DNA of 64,000 nucleotides, taken from an uncultured delta proteobacterium (GTDB taxonomy: Bacteria > Myxococcota > Kuafuiibacteriia > Kuafuiibacteriales > Kuafuiibacteriaceae). Shown one piece after another: positions 1 to 9,398 of this stretch. The translations under genes and the position numbers were made by a program. Every line of letters begins with the position of its first letter. The stretch's first letter is position 1. Under the pieces are notes generated by a model. That model was not told the DNA's origin. It saw only the letters and a list, made by a program, of their open reading frames with translations, and ran no database searches. The stretch lies in contig CAWDML010000001.1 of the NCBI GenBank assembly GCA_963803435.1, positions 1,632,001-1,696,000 of the forward strand. Direction: 5' to 3'.

Positions 1-11
1 ACTCCCGCTCC

Positions 12-1154
12 GTGGTGAACTACCAGCTGCGCTCGGTGATCGCGGTGCCGATCGTCCACCGCGACGAGCTCCTGGGCGTGCTCTACCTCGGCTGCGACCG
101 CAAGCCCTCGGCGTTCTCCGCCGAGTTCCTCGACATCCTGATGGTGTTCGCGGCGCAGGCCGGCCTGCTGGTGAAGAACGCGGTCCTGATCGAGGGCCTC
201 CGCTCCGACAACGAAGCCCTCAAGATGCAGCTCGACAAGCAGGTCTTCGGCGAGATCGTGGGCGGCTCCACCTCGATGCACGGCGTCTTCAAGCTGATCT
301 CGCGCGTCGCGCCGACCGACATCTCGATGCTGATCGTCGGTGAGACCGGCACCGGCAAGGAGCTCATCGCGCGGGAGATCCACCGTCGCTCCTCCCGCGC
401 GGAGGGGCCGTTCATCGCCATCAACACCTCCGCGATCCCGGAGAACCTGCTGGAGGCCGAGCTGTTCGGCCACGTGAAGGGCGCCTTCACCGGTGCGCTC
501 ACCGATCGGCGCGGCAAGTTCGTCGAGGCGAACGGGGGGACGCTCTTCCTCGACGAGATCGGGGATATGGCGCCCTCGCTCCAGGCGAAGCTGCTGCGCG
601 TGCTTCAGGAGCGCGCGGTGGAGCCGGTGGGGAGCAACAAGACGCAGCCGATCGACATCCGGGTCATCGCGGCCACCAACCGCGATCTCGATCAGATGCA
701 GGTCGAGGGGACGTTCCGCGCCGACCTCTTCTTTCGCCTCAACGAGGTGCAGGTCGTCCTCCCGCCGCTGCGCGAACGCGCCGATGACATCATCCTCCTC
801 GCCACCTACTTTCTCTCCAAGCACAGCGAGCAAATGGGCCGGCGCTTCCGGAAGTTCACCGAGCGCTGCAATGCGGCGATGAAACGTTACCGGTGGCGCG
901 GCAACGTGCGCGAGCTGGAGGCGCGAGTGAAGAAGGCCGTCGTGATGGCGGAGGGACCGGACATCGATCTCGCCGACATGGAGCTCGACGAGGGCGGAAT
1001 GACCGAGGTCCTGAACCTGCGGGACGCAAAGGAAGCGTACGCCCGCCGCTACATCCTCGAGGTCCTCGCGCTCAACGACGGCAACCGGAGCAAAACCGCG
1101 CGCGATCTCGGCATCGATCCGCGGACCGTCTACAAGTACGTCGAAGGCAAGTAG
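12..1154 (+). CDS. Sigma54-dependent enhancer-binding protein (GAF + AAA+ + Fis-type HTH); probably begins upstream of the window
   Basis: Walker [15 protein letters not shown] motif, Walker [18 protein letters not shown]-terminal [14 protein letters not shown]; GAF-like N-terminus. Confidence 0.93.
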   Translation: MVNYQLRSVIAVPIVHRDELLGVLYLGCDRKPSAFSAEFLDILMVFAAQAGLLVKNAVLIEGLRSDNEALKMQLDKQVFGEIVGGSTSMHGVFKLISRVAPTDISMLIVGETGTGKELIAREIHRRSSRAEGPFIAINTSAIPENLLEAELFGHVKGAFTGALTDRRGKFVEANGGTLFLDEIGDMAPSLQAKLLRVLQERAVEPVGSNKTQPIDIRVIAATNRDLDQMQVEGTFRADLFFRLNEVQVVLPPLRERADDIILLATYFLSKHSEQMGRRFRKFTERCNAAMKRYRWRGNVRELEARVKKAVVMAEGPDIDLADMELDEGGMTEVLNLRDAKEAYARRYILEVLALNDGNRSKTARDLGIDPRTVYKYVEGK

Positions 1155-1180
1155 CGCCTGCGCAAGCGCTTCGGAGGTGA

Positions 1181-1196
1181 CGGCACGGCGATTGCT
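1181..1196 (+). promoter_or_regulatory. Putative sigma54 (-24/-12) promoter for the hemerythrin-domain gene
   Basis: CGGCACGGCGATTGCT matches YGGCACG-N4-TTGC with GG-N10-GC spacing; a GGAGGTG RBS and ATG at 1222 follow. Confidence 0.6.
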
Positions 1197-1221
1197 CCTT
1201 TTCGTCTCCGGAGGTGAATCA

Positions 1222-1752
1222 ATGGCACGAGCAACCGAGATTGCGGGCGAGATCTTCGGGCGACTCCGCGGGATCGCGAAGCAGATCGTAGAGGGCGACG
1301 GCGGAATCTTCCGCGAGCTCGCCAAGGAGCACGGAGAGATCTCCGTGCTGATGAAGCGGCTCTCCTCCTCGTCCGACGAGGAGCTGCGCCGGGAGCTCTT
1401 CCCCAAGATCCGGGAGGAGCTGCTCGCCCATACGAAGGGTGAGGAGCAGGAGTTCTATCCCCTGCTCGAGAATCACGAGCCCTCGCGGGCGCTCGCGGCG
1501 CAGGCCCGCCGCGATCACCAGGAGATCGAGTCGATCCTCGAGCAGCTGCACATGAGCGGCTTCGGCGATCCGTCCTGGGGTCACCGGTTTGAGCAGCTGG
1601 TGCGGTCCGTGGAAGCGCACGTGCAGATGGAGGAGAATCAGCTCTTCCCGAAGGCGAAGGACGTGATGACGGCGCGCGAGATCAAGGAGAGCGAGAAGCG
1701 CTTCGTGCTGGCGCGCAAGCGAGAGCTCGAAGCGCTGGCGATGCCGCACTAA
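1222..1752 (+). CDS. Hemerythrin/HHE cation-binding domain protein
   Basis: H...HxxxEE...YP and H...HxxxEE...LFP motifs; RBS GGAGGTG supports start 1222 rather than 1177. Confidence 0.85.
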   Translation: MARATEIAGEIFGRLRGIAKQIVEGDGGIFRELAKEHGEISVLMKRLSSSSDEELRRELFPKIREELLAHTKGEEQEFYPLLENHEPSRALAAQARRDHQEIESILEQLHMSGFGDPSWGHRFEQLVRSVEAHVQMEENQLFPKAKDVMTAREIKESEKRFVLARKRELEALAMPH

Positions 1753-1779
1753 CTGATATGGAACGACCCCTTGTCAAGG

Positions 1780-2050
1780 CTCCTACGTCACGTTCGGAGC
1801 TCCGTTCTTCTTGCTGAGGACGGAGGCTCCAGAGGACGAACGAGATCGGGGGCGCTTCGACGACGAGTCACTCTGATATTCGCGGATTACTCGAGCATCG
1901 CCCGAGCAGAGCCCAGCATGACCGTACTCCGTCGGGAGGCAGCGCAGTCCAAGTTCGCGAGTCCGGGGAGCACGGCTCCCGTGTCGCAGTGTTAGGTCGC
2001 GCACCCTCCGGATCGTACCCGTTGACCTCATTCGCCCTCTGAAACCTCCG
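1780..2050 (-). ncRNA. Candidate bridge/seekRNA in the non-coding end downstream of the IS110 recombinase
   Basis: About 495 nt without a credible ORF between the recombinase stop and the element end; hairpins such as GGGAGC-acg-GCTCCC (1966-1980); IS1111-type elements are known to carry the guide RNA downstream; boundaries approximate. Confidence 0.55.
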
Positions 2051-2248
2051 TCGTTGCTTCTCTCGATTGCAGGTTAGCTTGCGCGGCGTCTCCAACGAAC
2101 GGAGCTCCGCGCTTCGCATTGCTCGAAGCAGAGGCTGGCCGCCTCAGGGCGGAGGCGGGAAGAGCGACATCCCCAAAAATGTCGCCCCGCCGGAGCCCCT
2201 TCGCCAGGAGCACAGCGCTCCGTCGGCCAGCCGGTCGACCGTGGCACT

Positions 2249-3436
2249 CTACGCGGCATGCTTTCGTGCCTCCTCGAGCACGGCGGCTCCGCTCGCGATC
2301 GGCGCACCCTTCTTGCGCCTCGGTTCGCGCAGCTCGACTGTCTCGGAATGACATAGCGTCGCCCAGATGAAGCCGGCGAGCTCGCGCGCGACTGCGACCA
2401 CCGCCTTCGTATGCGGCTTGGTCAGGTTCACCAGCTTCCAGTAGCGCCGATGCAACCTATCCTGCGCCCGATCCGCCTGCGCGATCGCCCAGGCCGGTTG
2501 ATTCTCGCGCCGCTTCCGTAGCTTCGGACTCGCGCTGGGTCGATGACGGTAGTGCCACGACGTCTCGATCAACAGGCGCCGCAGATGACGGTTGCCGGTC
2601 TTGGTGATCCCTCGACGGCGCGCCTTTCCTCCCGTCGACTCTTCACCCGGCACAAGACCGAGATAGCACATCAACGCGCGCGCCGACGGGAACCGCTGGA
2701 CGCCGTGCAGCTCGGCAACAATGGTCATGGCGGTCACCGTGTCGATCCCTCGGTAGCAACGCAGCCAGCCGACCGGCTCTCGATACGGCTCCTTCTCGCT
2801 CAGCGTCTTCAGCTTCTCCTCCAGCGCGCGCTGCCGTTCCTCGAAGCTCTCGATCACCTGGAGGTAGTGGTCGAACACCGTCTGATCGGCCTCGTGCTCG
2901 AAGCGAAGCGTGCGAAGCCACTTTCGATGTCGCTGGGTCCACGCCTTGCCATCGAATTGGAGCGCTCGGCGCAACAGCAACTTCCCCAGACGATGCCGCG
3001 CGCCATGGAGATCTTCGCGAACGTCTTCGCGACAGCGACAGAGATCTCGCACGGCTTCCTCCGCCTCGTTCGGTGGATGGACCTCCGTCAACGTTCCGGC
3101 GCGCAGGTACTCAGCCAGCTTCTTGGCGTCACGACGATCGGTCTTGATCCGTTCTCCCGGTTTCACCGGAATCCACGATGGCGCAATGACCTTGCACCTC
3201 ACCTCCGCCGCCTGAAACTGCCGCTGAAGCGCGTAACCGCACGGTCCCGCTTCTTAGCAAACCACCAGGTCCCCAAGCACCGCCTCCCCCTTGAGCCGCT
3301 TGATCAGGCGCTTCACCGCCTTGGCTTGGTTGGGCTCGCGCCACTGGATCGCTCCCTCGCGATCCGGACGAAGCACGCAGACGTCGATGAACTCCTTCGA
3401 TGTATCCAGTCCGACGAACGTGGTAACTTGCTGCAC
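2249..3436 (-). pseudogene. IS110 recombinase/transposase interrupted by an in-frame TAA at 3254-3256
   Basis: GTG start at 3436 after AAGGAGG; motifs FVGLD, C*EAGPCGY (normally CYEAGP), KTDRRDA, YLGLVP..STG, ITKTGN, AVARELA; the two ORF pieces share a frame. Confidence 0.88.
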
Positions 3437-3641
3437 GACCGGCCTCCTTCGTATGCGGCTCTGGCGTTCACCGACGCCAACCCGCGATGGCTTAGGCCCG
3501 ATTTGCGATCCGGGGCCGGTCCTATTTTTCTTCTGCGCTACTCGCGCCCGCGACTTTTCGCACTTCCGCTGTACCCGTGGCACGACCGTTCTCCTTCGCC
3601 GGCCTCGCGACCGGGCGCGGTCGTTCCATATGGTCTAAGGC

Positions 3642-4382
3642 TCAGCCTGGCGAGCCGACCCGCGCCTCTCGGAGGATCTCGAGCATGCCTCCGACGGCCT
3701 TCTCCATCCCGACGATCATCGCACGCGCGACGATCGCGTGGCCGATGTTCAGCTCCTGGATCTCCTGGATCCGCGCCACCGGGATCGTGTTCTGGTAGTG
3801 GAGCCCGTGGCCGGCCGCGACGCCCAGCCCCAGCTTGGCGGCGGTCTTGGCGGTGTTCTGGATCCGCATCAGCTCCTCGTGACGCTCCTTGAAGCCGCGC
3901 GACTCGCAGTAGCGTCCGGTGTGGATCTCGATCGCGTGGGCGTCGATCTTGTGGGCGGCCCGAACCTGGTCCAGGTCCGGATCGATGAAGAGCGACACGC
4001 GGATGTTCCCCTCCTGGAGGAGCCGGACCGAGCGCTGGATTTGATCCCGGTGCTGCGCCACGTCGAGCCCGCCCTCGGTGGTGAGCTCCTCGCGACGCTC
4101 GGGCACCAGCGTGACGGTGTCGGGGCTGTACTTGAGCGCCATCGCCACCATCTCCTGGGTCGCCGCCATCTCCAGGTTCAGCTCGGAGGTGACGGTCTTG
4201 CGCAGGATGGCGACGTCGCGCTCCTGGATGTGGCGCCGGTCCTCGCGCAAGTGGATCGTGATCTGATCGGCCCCACCGCGCTCGGCAATGAAGGCGGCCT
4301 CCACGGGATCGGGGTAGAGGGTCCGGCGCGCCTGACGGAGCGTGGCGATATGGTCGACGTTGACGCCCAGCCGCGGTCTCAC
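3642..4382 (-). CDS. pdxJ: Pyridoxine 5'-phosphate synthase
   Basis: [52 protein letters not shown]; GTG start overlaps the glmM stop. Confidence 0.96.
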   Translation of the reverse strand: MRPRLGVNVDHIATLRQARRTLYPDPVEAAFIAERGGADQITIHLREDRRHIQERDVAILRKTVTSELNLEMAATQEMVAMALKYSPDTVTLVPERREELTTEGGLDVAQHRDQIQRSVRLLQEGNIRVSLFIDPDLDQVRAAHKIDAHAIEIHTGRYCESRGFKERHEELMRIQNTAKTAAKLGLGVAAGHGLHYQNTIPVARIQEIQELNIGHAIVARAMIVGMEKAVGGMLEILREARVGSPG

Positions 4383-5737
4383 GCTCCGATCTCCTTCTCG
4401 ATCGCCTCGGCGATCTGCTCCGCGTACTGCCGGGTGAGCGAAGCGTCGGGGCCCTCGACCATCACGCGGGCCTTGTTCTCGGTCCCGCTGTAGCGCACCA
4501 GCACTCGACCGTCCGAGCCCAGCGAGCGCTGCACCTCCGCGATCAGCCGGCCCGTCGCGGACAGGGTCTCGATCGGAGGCTTCCGGGTGACCTTCACGTT
4601 GATCAGGTGCTGCGGTGAGCGCTCGAAGATCTGCTTGAGCTCCGAGATCGGCTTCCCCGAGCGGACGACCACCTCGAGCAGCCGGAGCGCGGCGATGCTG
4701 CCGTCGCCGGTCGAGCTGTAGTCGAGGAAGATCAAGTGCCCGGACTGCTCCCCGCCGAACGTGTAGCCGCGGGCGCGCATCTCCTCCACCACGTAGCGAT
4801 CCCCGACCTGCGTCCGCACCACCCGTCCGCCGACCTGGGCCAGCGAGCGCTCGAGGCCGATGTTGGACATGACGGTGGAGACCACGGTCCGGTCCTTCAG
4901 CAGGTCCTTCTCGATCAGGTCGCGCCCGCAGATCGCCATCACCGCGTCGCCGTCGACAACGTCGCCCTTCTCGTCCACCACGATGACGCGATCGGCGTCG
5001 CCGTCGAGCGCGATGCCGGCGTCGGCGCCGTGCTGCCGGACCAGCGCCTGAAGCTTCTCGGGGTGGACCGCGCCGCAGCCCGCGTTGATGTTGCGTCCAT
5101 CGGGCGCCACCTCGACCGCGACGACGTCGGCGCCCAGCTCGTTGAAGATCGTGGGCGCGACCTTGTAGGCGGCGCCGTTTGCGCAGTCGACCACCAGCTT
5201 GAGGCCGTCGAGCCCGAGCTTGGGATCGAAGACATTCTTGACGAACTGGGTGTAGCGCCCGCGCGCGTCCTCCATCTTCACCGTCTTGCCGATGTCGAGC
5301 GCCGTGGGCCGGATGGCGTCGATCTCGCCCGACTCGAGCAGCGCCTCCATCTCGGCTTCGATCTCGTCGGCGAGCTTGAAGCCGTCGGGTCCGAAGAACT
5401 TGATACCGTTGTCCTGGAACGGGTTGTGGGATGCGCTGATCACGATGCCGGCGTCCGCCCGCATCGTCTTGGTGAGAAAAGCGATCGCGGGCGTCGGCAT
5501 CGGCCCCACCAGCACGACGTCCACTCCGAAGGAGCACACACCGGAGGAGATGGCGAGCTCCAGCATGTAGCAGGACAGGCGCGTGTCCTTGCCGATGATG
5601 ATGCGGTGGCGATGGGCGCCGCGCTTGCTGATATGGGCGATGGCGCGCCCCAGCTTCAGCGCGATCTCGGCCGTCATCGGGTGCTCGTTGGCGACCCCGC
5701 GCACCCCGTCGGTGCCGAAGAGCTTTCTCTCGACCAC
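4379..5737 (-). CDS. glmM: Phosphoglucosamine mutase
   Basis: [35 protein letters not shown]. Confidence 0.97.
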   Translation of the reverse strand: MVERKLFGTDGVRGVANEHPMTAEIALKLGRAIAHISKRGAHRHRIIIGKDTRLSCYMLELAISSGVCSFGVDVVLVGPMPTPAIAFLTKTMRADAGIVISASHNPFQDNGIKFFGPDGFKLADEIEAEMEALLESGEIDAIRPTALDIGKTVKMEDARGRYTQFVKNVFDPKLGLDGLKLVVDCANGAAYKVAPTIFNELGADVVAVEVAPDGRNINAGCGAVHPEKLQALVRQHGADAGIALDGDADRVIVVDEKGDVVDGDAVMAICGRDLIEKDLLKDRTVVSTVMSNIGLERSLAQVGGRVVRTQVGDRYVVEEMRARGYTFGGEQSGHLIFLDYSSTGDGSIAALRLLEVVVRSGKPISELKQIFERSPQHLINVKVTRKPPIETLSATGRLIAEVQRSLGSDGRVLVRYSGTENKARVMVEGPDASLTRQYAEQIAEAIEKEIGA

Positions 5738-5746
5738 GCGAGACCC

Positions 5747-6613
5747 TTATTCCCGGCGGCCACCGATCGCAAGCCAGGCGTCGGCGACGGCCACCACGTC
5801 GACCATGGGTCCCACGTCGTGCACGCGGACGATGTCGGCCCCGGAGGCGATCGAAAGGGCCACGCTGGCGGCGGTCCCGAACAGGCGATCCTCGACCGCC
5901 CTGCCGGTGATCGCGCCCAGGAAGGACTTCCGGCTGGTGCCCACCACCACCGGGCGCCCGAGCGCCCGCAGCTCCGAGAGCCGGCGCAGGAGCTCCAGGT
6001 TCTGCGCGACCGTCTTGCCGAACCCGATCCCGGGATCGACCGCGATCAGGGCCTCCGAGACACCGGCGTCGATTGCAAGCTGGATTGACAGGGCCAGGGA
6101 ACGCGTCACCGCGTCCACCACGCCGCCCTCGTAGACCAGCTCGCCCTCCTGCATCTCCTGGGGCCGACCGCGCGTGTGCATGAGGACGAGCCCGGCCTGC
6201 TGCTCGGCCACCACGCGGGGCATGTCGGGGTCGAAGCGCATGGCCGAGACGTCGTTGACGATGCGGGCGCCGCGATCCAGGGCCCGCAACGCAACTTGCG
6301 CCTTGGTCGTATCGATCGAGAGGGGACCGACCCCGGCGGCGGAGAGCCGCTCGATCACCGGGAGGACGCGGCCGAGCTCCGTGCTCGCGTCGATGGGCGG
6401 GGCTCCCGGGCGGGTCGACTCGCCGCCCACATCGATGAGGTCGGCCCCGGCGTCCATCATGGCCAGGGCCCGATCCAGGGCCCGGCCCGGATCGTCGAAG
6501 CGGCCGCCGTCCGAAAAGGAATCGGGCGTCGCATTCAGGACGCCCATCACCAGGGTGCGAGCGCCCAGATCCGGAAGGATCTCGCGGAGGTGCCTCGCCA
6601 TGGGAAACGACAT
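5747..6613 (-). CDS. folP: Dihydropteroate synthase
   Basis: MGVLNATPDSFSDGG, DVGGESTRPG, DPGIGFGK, GTSRKSF, VRVHDV; start at 6613 after AGGAGG. Confidence 0.95.
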   Translation of the reverse strand: MSFPMARHLREILPDLGARTLVMGVLNATPDSFSDGGRFDDPGRALDRALAMMDAGADLIDVGGESTRPGAPPIDASTELGRVLPVIERLSAAGVGPLSIDTTKAQVALRALDRGARIVNDVSAMRFDPDMPRVVAEQQAGLVLMHTRGRPQEMQEGELVYEGGVVDAVTRSLALSIQLAIDAGVSEALIAVDPGIGFGKTVAQNLELLRRLSELRALGRPVVVGTSRKSFLGAITGRAVEDRLFGTAASVALSIASGADIVRVHDVGPMVDVVAVADAWLAIGGRRE

Positions 6614-6730
6614 CCTCCTTCCGCCTGGACGGGTACGCAAGGCACCCGTCACCTTCCTTGTGGATGAGGCGACGACATTCGCCGATCGACCGAAGACAAG
6701 ATCGCAACGGCCGCACTTAAATGTACGCAA

Positions 6731-7582
6731 GTGTCGGGTCGTAGGTTCAGCAGGATCGAGGAGCCCTTGCTTCGGCAGACGGCCTTCTCGATCGAGCAGA
6801 TGGCGCCGGGAGGAATCGAGCGGGGCGAGCCCGGCCTCATCCGCAAGGGCGACATCGAGCGCGCGCTCGGACGCCTGAGCGAGCTGATCGGACGGCCTGG
6901 CGGAAGCACCAGCAAGAAGAGCGCGATCAAGATGGTCCTGGAACGGACGCGCGCGCTCGAGCAGCTGCTCGACGTCGAGTCCACCGAGGCCGTCGTCTAC
7001 CTCGACGACGCCGAGTTCGGGCTGCAACCCCGCTTGCGGAGCGCCGCCATCGAGATCGACTTCTGCTTCGGCGACAAGAACGGCGCGGTCGGCCTCGAGG
7101 ACATCCGCGAGGCCCGGCGCCACTACGGGCAGGTGCGCGGGCCCGTGGGCTGGAACCGCCTCCTGCTCACCGACGAGATCGAGCGCCGCCTCTTCCCAGA
7201 GCGCACGCTCCGCACCACCGAGGGCCTGCGCCTCCTCCCCGAGGACTGGCTGGCCGGCCCGCCCGATCCGCTGGCCCGCCTCAAGAAGGTCTGCCGCTAC
7301 CTCGACGACTCCGCCCTGGCGCGGACCTATGCGGACATCGCCGCCCGTCTCGCCACCGTGGCCAGCCGCGATCCGCAGTCGGAGCTCTCCCAGGTCTTCG
7401 AGTCGGCGCTGGTGCTCCTCGGCGGCGAGATCCGCCAGCGCAACAGCGTTCGCCCCACGATCACCGACATCGCGCGCATCGGATGCGAGGACCCGGAGGT
7501 GAAAGAGTGGCTCCGGACCCCCATCGAGATGTCCCGGCGCCTCCATCCTGATCGGCTGCTGGATCGCTATCTGCTGAACTGA
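6731..7582 (+). CDS. Hypothetical protein
   Basis: 283-aa ORF with host-like codon usage filling the gap between folP and the next operon; no recognised motif. Confidence 0.65.
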   Translation: MSGRRFSRIEEPLLRQTAFSIEQMAPGGIERGEPGLIRKGDIERALGRLSELIGRPGGSTSKKSAIKMVLERTRALEQLLDVESTEAVVYLDDAEFGLQPRLRSAAIEIDFCFGDKNGAVGLEDIREARRHYGQVRGPVGWNRLLLTDEIERRLFPERTLRTTEGLRLLPEDWLAGPPDPLARLKKVCRYLDDSALARTYADIAARLATVASRDPQSELSQVFESALVLLGGEIRQRNSVRPTITDIARIGCEDPEVKEWLRTPIEMSRRLHPDRLLDRYLLN

Positions 7583-7667
7583 GCCGAGCAGGGCGACCCC
7601 GCCCCACATCCGGCGATCGTCGAGTGGCACTCCATGCCAAGCCCCCTTCACAGTATGGATCGGAACG

Positions 7668-9398
7668 ATGGGATCGGGACGACTCCTGCTCGCGGCCGCC
7701 GGTCTGCTGACCGCCGCGCCGGCCTGTGATGACGGAACCACACCACAAGTGTTCATCGCGCGGTGTGTCGACGACCGGTCCTGCGCCCAGGGCGAGGTCT
7801 GCGTGGACGGCGAGTGCGTCCCCAGCGACGCACTCTCGTGTGCGGAGGTCGAGGGCGGCGCCGGGATCCTCCAGCCCGGACCGCCGCTGATCGACTTCGG
7901 CCACGTCGGCAACGGCACCAGCGAGCAGCCGCTGGTCCTGAGGAACATCGGCGACTGCACCCTCACCGTCTTCGAGGCCTACTTCGAGTCCGAGGATCAG
8001 ACGGCCTTCGAGTGTCCGTTCTGCGCGCCGGATCGCTTCCCCGTCGATCTGTTCCCGTTCCGCGAGCACGAGCTGAAGGTGTTCTTCACGCCCGAGCACG
8101 TGGGGAGCTACGAGGACACGCTGGTCCTGCTCTCCGACGACGTCGAGTTCCCCGAGATCCGGATCCCGGTCCGCGCTGTCTTTGACGGCATCCCCGAGCC
8201 GGTGGCCGTGCCGTCCTCGCTCGACTTCGACTACGCGCCCGTCGGCCGGACCATCTCCAAGACGATCGACATCCAGAACCGCGGCACCGGGACGGCGCCC
8301 CTGATCATCACCGGCCTCCGGATCGACACCGCGACCGACACCGCGTTCTCGTTCGAGCCCGAGCTCACCGAGGCGATCAACCTGCCCCCGTCGAGCCTCG
8401 ATCGCACCGCGAAGCAGACGCTCAACATCCGCTACCACCCGCGGGAGATCGACCTGCACACCGGTGATCTGGTGGTCACCACCAACGTGGGCGCGCTCCG
8501 GGTCCCGCTGATCGGATCGTCCCAGACGCCCGCCAGCATCACCGTGGCGCCGGAGCGGATCGAGTTCGGCCCGGTGCCGATCGGGCAGACCACCGCGCTG
8601 CCGCTCACCATCGTCAACGAGGGCGGCACGCCGCTCCGGGTCACCTATCACTGGGGCGGCACCGGCCTCTCCACCGACCTCTCCGCGCTGCCGCAGGTGG
8701 TTCAGCCGATCGCGCCCGGCAGCTACACCGAGATGCAGGTGCTGGTGACCGCGACCTCGCCGACGCCGATCACCGGTCTGTTGCTGCTCGAGACCAACGA
8801 CCCTTCCCACCCCACGGTCACCGTGCCGGTCTCCGCCGAGGGCCAGCCGGTGGTGGGCGCCCAGGTGGTCAAGATCGACATGAACTTCGAGAACGGTGAG
8901 GACAGCTTCTTCGACGACGACTTCCGGAACGTCGACATGACGCTCGAGAACCCGTTTGGCCTCATCTGCAACAAGCAGAACGCGAACCCCACCACCTGGG
9001 GGGCCTTCGGCAACCCGAGCTGGATCGCGTTCGGCCCCAAGGAGGAGCCCGAGCGCGTGGTGCTGCCGGACGCGATGCAGGACGGCACGTACCGGGTGGC
9101 CCTCAGCTACTACGAGGACTGCTCGAGCGTGCCCTCTGGGCTGGTCGCGTCGATCCTCGGCATCTCGGTCGAGGCCTTGATCGCCTACTTCTCCGGCGGT
9201 GCGATCGGCGTCGACGCCGGCGACGTCTCCGACGTGATCGAGAACCTCTGCCTCAGCCACAGCTCGTCCGCCGCCACCATCACCGTCTACGTGAACGGAC
9301 AGGTGATCGCGGAACGCCCGGTGACACTGGGCCGCAAGGGCGACTTCATCTACGCCGTGGACCTGGTCCGCACCAACGGCGTCTTCACGGTGCCGTGA
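7668..9398 (+). CDS. Lipoprotein with tandem Ig-like (choice-of-anchor D/ASH-type) domains
   Basis: Lipobox APAC; Cys-rich N-terminal module; repeated DFG/EFG...L.I.N.G..PL Ig-like units. Confidence 0.8.
   Translation: MGSGRLLLAAAGLLTAAPACDDGTTPQVFIARCVDDRSCAQGEVCVDGECVPSDALSCAEVEGGAGILQPGPPLIDFGHVGNGTSEQPLVLRNIGDCTLTVFEAYFESEDQTAFECPFCAPDRFPVDLFPFREHELKVFFTPEHVGSYEDTLVLLSDDVEFPEIRIPVRAVFDGIPEPVAVPSSLDFDYAPVGRTISKTIDIQNRGTGTAPLIITGLRIDTATDTAFSFEPELTEAINLPPSSLDRTAKQTLNIRYHPREIDLHTGDLVVTTNVGALRVPLIGSSQTPASITVAPERIEFGPVPIGQTTALPLTIVNEGGTPLRVTYHWGGTGLSTDLSALPQVVQPIAPGSYTEMQVLVTATSPTPITGLLLLETNDPSHPTVTVPVSAEGQPVVGAQVVKIDMNFENGEDSFFDDDFRNVDMTLENPFGLICNKQNANPTTWGAFGNPSWIAFGPKEEPERVVLPDAMQDGTYRVALSYYEDCSSVPSGLVASILGISVEALIAYFSGGAIGVDAGDVSDVIENLCLSHSSSAATITVYVNGQVIAERPVTLGRKGDFIYAVDLVRTNGVFTVP

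Larger units (their letters stand above)
1753..3636 (-). mobile_element. IS110-family (IS1111-type) insertion sequence
   Basis: Perfect 13-bp sub-terminal inverted repeats ATATGGAACGACC (1756-1768) and GGTCGTTCCATAT (3619-3631); DEDD recombinase gene; long non-coding ends; exact ends inferred from the CT dinucleotide at 1753-54 and 3635-36. Confidence 0.88.

Noticed and set aside
3254-3256. Programmed read-through or Sec/Pyl recoding in the IS110 gene
   Set aside because: The codon is TAA at a Tyr position, not UGA/UAG at a Cys/Lys site
3642-6716. 1024-aa ORF that looks like a giant PdxJ fusion; similar over-extended ORFs at 28755, 32183, 46899 and 5747-7966
   Set aside because: The N-terminal parts are Arg/Gly/Pro-rich off-frame read-through over real genes in high-GC DNA; the true starts are internal
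7625-7639. TGGCAC motif upstream of the Ig-lipoprotein operon as a sigma54 promoter
   Set aside because: GC is not at the required 10-nt spacing from GG; only a short TGGCA-N5-TGCCA palindrome remains
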